Positions 47,201 to 52,922 of a stretch of 52,922 nucleotides of DNA are shown here, one piece after another. The stretch covers positions 1 to 52,922 of the forward strand of contig NZ_JBFHGM010000001.1 of NCBI RefSeq assembly GCF_041583095.1, written 5' to 3'. The notes beneath the pieces are model-generated. The model ran no database searches. It saw only the letters and a program-made list of their open reading frames with translations, and was not told where the DNA came from. The number at the start of each line of letters is the position of its first letter. Position 1 is the stretch's first letter. The translations under genes were made by a program, and so were the position numbers. The stretch is from Draconibacterium sp. Its GTDB lineage: Bacteria > Bacteroidota > Bacteroidia > Bacteroidales > Prolixibacteraceae.

Positions 47201-47431
47201 TATAACCTTTGGGATGCTTCGTTCCTACGCTTAAAAACGGCAGAACTTTCATACTCATTACCCGACAAATGGTTGGACCCAATTGGATTAAGTCAGCTAA
47301 GGGTATTTGTAAACGGAAACAATCTGTTTGTTTGGACCGATATGCCAACCGATGGAGAAGGGGCAAATTTCGATATAAAGAATTATCCGGTGAAGAAACA
47401 GATTACACTGGGATTAAACCTACAGTTTTAA
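44228..47431 (+). CDS. susC: SusC/RagA family TonB-dependent transporter (SusC3)
   Basis: SPI signal, N-terminal extension domain, LEEVVVVGYG, LKDASATAVYGVKGGNGVILITTKRG, GSEKF, LQWET, C-terminal Phe. Confidence 0.95.
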   Translation: MMQKLKLLIILLFISAQTVFGQTKTIKGTVVDSDGLPLPGVTVVVVGTTSGTITDIDGNFTLGVESANELRFSFIGFAEQIIAVGEQTVINVTLAADTEELEEVVVVGYGTQKKESVVGAITQTKGEELKKQGNVSNLSDALAGAMPGVSVMTGTGLPGGGGNLTGNSYEETEILIRGKATWNNSSPLVLVDGIERSMDDIDVNEVENISVLKDASATAVYGVKGGNGVILITTKRGSVSKPKFTFEANTTWENISKIAQVEDAYTGILSRNRAIINEAAVNTDSWNDYVPDEILGYYRDNTYPYAYPSLDLTETMLKDYARSHRFNMNVAGGTNFVKYFGSLSYNHVGDIMATEDVGQGYNPEYSYDRFNFRSNLDFSLTKTTDFSVNLSGFYGAQQTSGANYHTVWYGLYNHAPNWPVTVYEDGIYGNSEGTYERVGENELAGLLFQGYNKFNTTEINTDFKLKQKLDFITEGLSAAGKFAYDNSFVTNGENINDDGVLTKTIDPEFYTSGGYWDEASQSYKHPNGLDVEDYTTYYYPEGYNASSGFNWEENPLGYESENVSGGNLNRTRRNLYYEVGLNYNRTFGKHEVTGLALFSRQRTEVGSNWAQLREDWVGRATYYFNRKYLLELNGSYNGSEKFGPGYKFDFFPSVAVGWTVSNESFFKENVKFVNLFKIRYSDGVVGNDRLSGIQWGYATIWDQGSMWSGNTQSQEKFGDTFLVQGPLKYNEGTPGNPGLQWETARKQNLGFEWGVFKNVFTGSLDVFWEDRDNMLVAANQRNIPETFGQTAPAANIGAVKSNGMEVEASVRKSYKNSFSFYVSGNWTIAKNEILEKEDPELKPDYQKQEGYAIGQNRSTLESEIMQSWDDVYTGVVDYSNNGDVLPGDFRFVDFNANGEIDPNDGVPYGYPVYPQNTYGFSGGLSYKGFSLNVQFYGVYNVTKNIRLDRYSFDSPTIYENMLEDTWTPEYGNENPTYPHLAYKKQNNGTGAYNLWDASFLRLKTAELSYSLPDKWLDPIGLSQLRVFVNGNNLFVWTDMPTDGEGANFDIKNYPVKKQITLGLNLQF

Positions 47432-47443
47432 CGATTAAAGTTT

Positions 47444-49321
47444 ATGATTATGAAAAAGTTATATAAACAAATCATATTTGTAATGATAGTTGCCTTGGGG
47501 GCATGGAGCTGTGAGGATTACCTGAATGTTCCACCCGATGCAAATATCTCGGAAGAAGATATTTTTAGCAGCTACAACTCGTTTCAAGGATTTGTAGACC
47601 AGTGTTACGAGTTTATTGTGGACTATAATACCCACGCCATTTGTGTAAGTGGAAACCTTGGTGGCGAGGTAATGGGGTCAAAACCCTGGATTTCGGGTTA
47701 TCATGGTTCTTACGGTTTATACTGGAGCCTGGCAAACGATGGTGGCCAACGTTCTATTTTTAACGGTTACAATTCAGGTAACGGGATTCATCAAAACGGA
47801 ATCTGGGACTTTTGTTGGGACGGTGCACGTATTTGTAACATTGGTTTAACTAACCTTGATATGTTAACGGATGCCACCCAGGAAGAAAAGAACATTATTG
47901 AAGGGCAGTTGCATTTCTTCCGTGCATTTTTGCACTGGGAAGTAGTGCGTGCGTATGGTGCAATACCGTATGTAGATACCGTTTTAACGGCTGATAATTT
48001 AAAAATGCCTCGTTTTTGGGAATACCAGAAAAACGGTAAAACCTATAAAAATACCCAAGCAGTTTACGAACGTATTGTTGATGATTTAGATGTAGCAATA
48101 GGCTTACTTCCCGAAATTTGGGATGCACCCGAAGCATTGGCCGGAACCAACCAGCCAAATCTGGGTCGTATTACAAAAGGTGCAGCACTGGCACTTAAAG
48201 CAAAAGCTTTATTATTTGCAGGTAGCCCATTGTTCAACGAAGAATCAGGAGGTTCGGCAACATTCGATACCGATTATATGAACCGTGCGGCACAAGCAGC
48301 CGGCGAAGTAATTAAACTCGCCGATAAAGGAATTTATGGTCTGGAAGAAATGATTCCAGGAGAAGACCTCGACCCTTATCGCCAGATGTTTGCTACTGTT
48401 GATGGAACTTATCCTTACAGTGCGAAAGAAACGCTGTTAGGGCGTATCCGCGACAGAGGAAAAGGAAAAGGACGTTTTGATAACTCATTAGCTCGTTTAT
48501 ACTCAACTGGTAATGGTGGCGTGCGGTTTGGAGGAAATGCACCTATTGAAACGCCAACCCAAAATTATTTGGATAAATGGGAAATGGCCGATGGAACACG
48601 TTATAAGCCAGGTAAAGCATCAGAAGGTGGTTACGACGATGATGCCGATAAGCGTTGGGAAAACCGTGACCCTCGTTTCCGTAAAACTTTCTGGGTACAT
48701 GGCGACGATTTCGGTAAGTTTAAACTGGAAGGTCATGTAGGAGGAAAAGAAAACAGTGCTGTTGTATTGAATCCGTATTTTATACATAAATACTGGCCAA
48801 AGGGTGTAGATAATAGAAATAAAGACTGGAGACAATTCGATTTCTCAACGCCAATGATTCGTTTGGCTGAAGTATATCTGATTTATGCTGAAGCCATATT
48901 TGAAGGAACAGGCGATCCTAATGCTTCTGTTTCCGGAGTAGGTATGAGTGCCGTTGAAGCAGTAAATAAAGTGCGCGAACGTGCAGGAATGCCACCAGCT
49001 ACTGCAAATCCTGTGGCTTATCAGACAATATTGGAAGGTCATGGCGAAACTTCTTCCGACCATCCTTTCCGCTTACTGGTTCGCAATGAACGTAACGTAG
49101 AATTATGTTTTGAAGGACACTACTGGTGGGATATACGCCGCTGGAAAATAGCAGATAAACTCGATAAAAATCTGTATCGCTTGGATTTTGACAAGGATGT
49201 GACCTATACATCGCGAGAAGTAGTGCAGGAATACCTGTTTGAAACACGTCATTACTGGTTACCATTTAAAACCAATGTGACTTTAATGTATGAAGGATGG
49301 CCACAAAATCCTGGATGGTAG
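47444..49321 (+). CDS. susD: SusD/RagB family lipoprotein (SusD3)
   Basis: Lipobox AWS-C then EDYL. Motifs GRITKGAALALKAKALL, RLAEVYLIYAEA, RNERNVELCFEGHYWWDIRRW, QNPGW at the C-terminus. Confidence 0.93.
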   Translation: MIMKKLYKQIIFVMIVALGAWSCEDYLNVPPDANISEEDIFSSYNSFQGFVDQCYEFIVDYNTHAICVSGNLGGEVMGSKPWISGYHGSYGLYWSLANDGGQRSIFNGYNSGNGIHQNGIWDFCWDGARICNIGLTNLDMLTDATQEEKNIIEGQLHFFRAFLHWEVVRAYGAIPYVDTVLTADNLKMPRFWEYQKNGKTYKNTQAVYERIVDDLDVAIGLLPEIWDAPEALAGTNQPNLGRITKGAALALKAKALLFAGSPLFNEESGGSATFDTDYMNRAAQAAGEVIKLADKGIYGLEEMIPGEDLDPYRQMFATVDGTYPYSAKETLLGRIRDRGKGKGRFDNSLARLYSTGNGGVRFGGNAPIETPTQNYLDKWEMADGTRYKPGKASEGGYDDDADKRWENRDPRFRKTFWVHGDDFGKFKLEGHVGGKENSAVVLNPYFIHKYWPKGVDNRNKDWRQFDFSTPMIRLAEVYLIYAEAIFEGTGDPNASVSGVGMSAVEAVNKVRERAGMPPATANPVAYQTILEGHGETSSDHPFRLLVRNERNVELCFEGHYWWDIRRWKIADKLDKNLYRLDFDKDVTYTSREVVQEYLFETRHYWLPFKTNVTLMYEGWPQNPGW

Positions 49322-49345
49322 TAGTAAACAAGACAGAAATTTAAA

Positions 49346-52300
49346 ATGAAAATTACAAAGATGAAAAGATCAATATTAATGATATCATTGCTTCTGTTTA
49401 GTGTTACCATTGCCTTTGCGCAAAAAAGCTGCACAGGAACAATAACCGACGAAAATGGAACTGCCATTGCCGGTGCCCTTATTTCGGGCGACGAAGGCTC
49501 GGTACAGGTTCTTGCAAACGAGAATGGTGAATATACCATTCAGATAAAAGGTACTAAGGTATTGGTTGAAGCAAAAGGATTTAATCCGATTTTAGTTGAT
49601 GCCAATGCAACTGATATTATGCTTACAAAACCTGAAATTCTTGCAGGAAAAATCAATACGGTAAACGTGCCGTTTACAACTGTTGAAAAACGAAAAACAA
49701 CAGGAGCTGTAACTCAGGTAAACATTGCTGACGAAATGGAATTCGACCAACGCCTCGGTCTAAATTCAGCGCTTGATGGTAAAGTTGCCGGTTTAAAAGG
49801 TGCATGGAATATTTGGGGGCGTGGCGAAGCTATTGTTGTGGTTGATGGTATCCCTCGTGAAGCTGATACTTACAACTTAAATGAGGTGGAATCAATTACG
49901 GTTTTAAAAGACCCGGTTTCACGAGCAATGTATGGCGCTCAAGCTGATCAGGGAGTAATTCTGGTCACGACAAAACGCGGCAAAGCCAATAAGCGTGTAC
50001 TAAGTTTCAGAGCAGAAACAGGTATGAGCATAGAAAAGGCACTTCCTGAGTTTTTAGGAGCTGCAGATTATATGAAAGCATATAACCAGGCGTTGGAAAA
50101 CGATGGAGGTTTAGCTAAATATTCAACAGAGGATGTTGGTATGGCCGGTAAAAATCCATTCTATCCTGATGAAGATTTCTACAGTGATACTTATCTGAAA
50201 GGAAGTACAAACTTTACGAATATTAGTGGAGTAGCATCGGGAGGTAACGAGAAAACGCAATACTTTGTTACCATGGGATGGAATCATCAATCAGGTTGGT
50301 TTGAACTGGCCGATGATACTGAAAATAACCTGAATCTTCGGGGTGCTGTTGATTTTGATATTACTGATAATATCTCGATGAAATTGGATGGTATCGCTAA
50401 AATTGATTTTAGAAATATGCCAAACATCACCGATTATTGGAGCCGTGCTTCTTCAACTGTACCCAACGCATATCCTGCACTTTGGAATCCAAGTTATATA
50501 ACTGACGATGCCGAACGTGAAGAGATTATGGGGAAGGCTAAATTGATTGACGGTATGCTTTTGGGTGGTAACAATACGTACTCGCAAAACATTTATGGGG
50601 ATTTTGTTAAAGGAGGCGAGCGAAAAGAAATGGATCGTTACATGCAGTTTAACACGGGTTTAGACTGGGATTTAAATAAAATTACACCAGGCCTAAAAGC
50701 AAGTGCATACTTTACTTTCGATTTTATGAATCGGCTGTCAACTTTCCAGGATAGTAAATATGCTGTTTACAATCCTGTAATGAACGAAGATGGTACAATT
50801 AGTGCGCAAGTAATTGGCGAAGACAAGTCGGTTGGTAATTTTGCAACCGAAACTTCTTCGGCAACTTTTCACCGTCGCTTTGGTGCCTACGGAACCATTT
50901 CGTATGAAAAACAAACCGAAAACAGCGACCTGTCGATAGTTGGTTTGGCTTACCGCGACCAGATTTCATTCCGAAGCCATTTACAGGATTTCAAAAACCT
51001 GACCTTTGGAGTTTCAGGTAATTATGCGTACAAAGGTAAATATTTGGCCGACATGGCTTTGGTAGCAGTGGGTTCGCAAAAACTTTCTGATAGCGAAAAT
51101 ATGGCTTTCACGCCAGCAATAGGCTTGGGCTGGATTCTTTCGGAAGAAGACTTTATGAGCGACAATGAAACTTTTGACTTCCTGAAATTACGTGCCAACT
51201 TTGGTATATTGAAAAATGACCTTTGGTATACCGCTGCAGATGCAATGAATAACAATGGTTCTTATTCTGATTATTTCTTGTATGAAACAGCTTACCAACG
51301 TGGAGCTAATTTCTTCTACAATAACCGAAATAATTCGAACGAAGAGATGAACATTGTAACCCGTTCAAGTAATATTGGCTGGCAAAAACGTACCGAGTTT
51401 GTTTTGGGTGTAGATGCAGCACTTTTTAGTAAAAAATTATGGTTAGAGGCATCTGTTTTCAGTTCAGAATTAGGCGATATTGTAACCGAAATGGAATACA
51501 CTTACCCCAGTTTAATGGGAGCAGTTCCTTTCTACAGTAATTACAATGCCGAAAGCAATACCGGTTTCGATTTAGGTATAAGTTATACAACAGGTGGTAG
51601 CGACTGGAATTTAACAGTGGGCTCTAACCTTGTGTATTCTATTCCTAAAATTACGCAAATAGAAGAACCTATGTACGACGCTGCACATACTTATTTGAGT
51701 AAAGACGGTACAGCTACCGATGCAATTTGGGGATTAGTAGCTGATGGTTTATATGCTGAAAGTGATTTTACAACTGTTGATTACGTTAATCAGGTGTTCA
51801 GCCTAAAAGACGGAATGCCTACTTCTTCGTATGGCAATGTTCAGCCTGGAGATATTAAATATGTCGATCAGGACGGAAATGGTATTATCGACAACGAAGA
51901 TCAAAAGGAAATAGGTAACAGTACTTCTCGTTTTCAGTATAGTTTATACATAAAATTACAAGTGAAAGCATTTGATTTTTATGCATTGGGTATTGGACAA
52001 ACTAGTAATTACAATAACCGTTGGAATAACTATTATCGTTTCTACGGTGAAATGAAATATCCTGAATTTGCCAACCAGGCTTACGGTCCGAACAATAAAG
52101 ATGTAAACGCGGCATATCCACGTTTATCATCTACAAAAAATAATAATAACTACCGTAATTCAAGTTACTGGTTATACAAAAACAACTGGTTTAAAATTCC
52201 TACGCTTCAAATTGCATACAACATAAAAAGCGACAATGTAAGCGGAGTTTTAAAAGATGCAAAAGTGTTTGTTCGTGCTGCCGATTTGCTCACTATCAGC

Positions 52301-52384
52301 AAAAACAAAGACCTAACTCAAGTGAATTTCGATAAAGCGCCACAAACGCGCAGTTTCTCAATCGGATTCGTAACTAAATTCTAA
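49346..52384 (+). CDS. susC: SusC/RagA family TonB-dependent transporter (SusC4), divergent second copy
   Basis: SPI signal, plug LKDPVSRAMYGAQADQGVILVTTKRG, PGDIKYVDQDGNG, YPRL, C-terminal Phe. Confidence 0.92.
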   Translation: MKITKMKRSILMISLLLFSVTIAFAQKSCTGTITDENGTAIAGALISGDEGSVQVLANENGEYTIQIKGTKVLVEAKGFNPILVDANATDIMLTKPEILAGKINTVNVPFTTVEKRKTTGAVTQVNIADEMEFDQRLGLNSALDGKVAGLKGAWNIWGRGEAIVVVDGIPREADTYNLNEVESITVLKDPVSRAMYGAQADQGVILVTTKRGKANKRVLSFRAETGMSIEKALPEFLGAADYMKAYNQALENDGGLAKYSTEDVGMAGKNPFYPDEDFYSDTYLKGSTNFTNISGVASGGNEKTQYFVTMGWNHQSGWFELADDTENNLNLRGAVDFDITDNISMKLDGIAKIDFRNMPNITDYWSRASSTVPNAYPALWNPSYITDDAEREEIMGKAKLIDGMLLGGNNTYSQNIYGDFVKGGERKEMDRYMQFNTGLDWDLNKITPGLKASAYFTFDFMNRLSTFQDSKYAVYNPVMNEDGTISAQVIGEDKSVGNFATETSSATFHRRFGAYGTISYEKQTENSDLSIVGLAYRDQISFRSHLQDFKNLTFGVSGNYAYKGKYLADMALVAVGSQKLSDSENMAFTPAIGLGWILSEEDFMSDNETFDFLKLRANFGILKNDLWYTAADAMNNNGSYSDYFLYETAYQRGANFFYNNRNNSNEEMNIVTRSSNIGWQKRTEFVLGVDAALFSKKLWLEASVFSSELGDIVTEMEYTYPSLMGAVPFYSNYNAESNTGFDLGISYTTGGSDWNLTVGSNLVYSIPKITQIEEPMYDAAHTYLSKDGTATDAIWGLVADGLYAESDFTTVDYVNQVFSLKDGMPTSSYGNVQPGDIKYVDQDGNGIIDNEDQKEIGNSTSRFQYSLYIKLQVKAFDFYALGIGQTSNYNNRWNNYYRFYGEMKYPEFANQAYGPNNKDVNAAYPRLSSTKNNNNYRNSSYWLYKNNWFKIPTLQIAYNIKSDNVSGVLKDAKVFVRAADLLTISKNKDLTQVNFDKAPQTRSFSIGFVTKF

Positions 52385-52387
52385 AAG

Positions 52388-52922
52388 ATGAAAATTATGA
52401 AGACAAGAATATCATTAATAGCTGTACTATTCTTTAGCCTCGTATTTGCGGGGTGCCAGGAATATTTAGAGCCGAATGACGACAACCGATTGACGCTCGA
52501 TGTAGTTTTGGCTAATCCTGAGTTTGCAGAAGGATTTATAATGAAGGCCTACAAAGGGCTTCCAACAAATTATAATTTTAATGAAGCTGTAGCCAGCGAT
52601 GATGCAGTTACCAATGACCCGGCTTCGAATATTGTATCGATGGTAAACGGGGGATGGAACGCACAGAATAACCCAATAGGAACCTGGGGCGGTGCATACG
52701 AGCGCATTCTTTATATAAATACTTTCCTTGAAAGTATGGATGGTGTTGAATGGTCGTGGGAGAATACCATGCAAAACGAATTGTTTGCAAAAAAACTGCG
52801 CAGTGAAGCACATGCTTTGCGTGCCTGGTATAACTTTATGTTATTGCAAAAACATTCGGGTGTTGGTACCAATGGAGAATTGCTTGGTTTTCCAATAGTT
52901 GACAAGGTTATAAGTCAGGACG
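52388..52922 (+). CDS. susD: SusD/RagB family lipoprotein (SusD4), 5' part only, truncated by the window end and absent from the ORF track
   Basis: Open frame from ATG 52388 (or 52397): MKIMKTRISLIAVLFFSLVFAG-CQEYLEP...ASDDAV...EAHALRAWYNFMLL...GFPIV, with no stop before the window end. Confidence 0.9.
   Translation, partial: MKIMKTRISLIAVLFFSLVFAGCQEYLEPNDDNRLTLDVVLANPEFAEGFIMKAYKGLPTNYNFNEAVASDDAVTNDPASNIVSMVNGGWNAQNNPIGTWGGAYERILYINTFLESMDGVEWSWENTMQNELFAKKLRSEAHALRAWYNFMLLQKHSGVGTNGELLGFPIVDKVISQD

Larger units (their letters stand above)
215..52922. mobile_element. Putative tRNA-Pro-integrated genomic island carrying the PULs (left end at 215-239, other end outside the window or eroded)
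   Basis: The orientation of the displaced tRNA 3' fragment and its terminator puts the inserted DNA at higher coordinates. No integrase or second att copy is visible, so the extent is unknown. Confidence 0.4.

Noticed and set aside
1469-52905. The many 60-160 aa ORFs on the - strand and in alternative + frames
   Set aside because: They overlap long, motif-supported + strand genes and show no recognisable domains, so they are shadow ORFs.
1-52922. CRISPR array, integrase/transposase, invertible promoter, rRNA
   Set aside because: No regularly spaced repeats, recombinase or transposase ORFs, promoter-flanking long inverted repeats or rRNA-like sequence were seen by eye.

Overview
Bacteroidota DNA that looks marine or sediment-derived (Prolixibacteraceae/Marinilabiliales-like; this is inference). 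Every real gene is on the + strand. The window is almost entirely two adjacent polysaccharide utilisation loci (PULs) for a sulfated glycan. PUL-A (about 1040-37391) contains GH106, a retaining-type GH97, an unknown secreted protein, a D-2-hydroxyacid dehydrogenase, 2 sulfatases, a hybrid two-component system (HTCS), a tandem susC-susD-susC-susD cassette, a GLUG/beta-helix-like surface lipoprotein, GH78, GH43-CBM6 and 4 more sulfatases. PUL-B (about 37767 to the window end) contains GH27, 2 sulfatases, a second GH27 and a second tandem susC-susD-susC-susD cassette, with the last susD cut off by the window edge. All 8 sulfatases are Cys-type. The main non-coding signal is a 25-bp 3' fragment of tRNA-Pro at 215-239 (- strand), still followed by its terminator. 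This is the usual att scar of a tRNA-targeted integrative element and suggests the PULs are cargo of a large genomic island. No integrase is visible in the window. Both GH27s have D-Y in place of the galactose-binding D-D motif, which points to beta-L-arabinopyranoside-type specificity and possibly a sulfated arabino-rhamno-galactan substrate. No recognisable endo-acting enzyme is present, so the two uncharacterised exported proteins are candidate new CAZymes. All family calls come from reading motifs by eye; no database searches were run.
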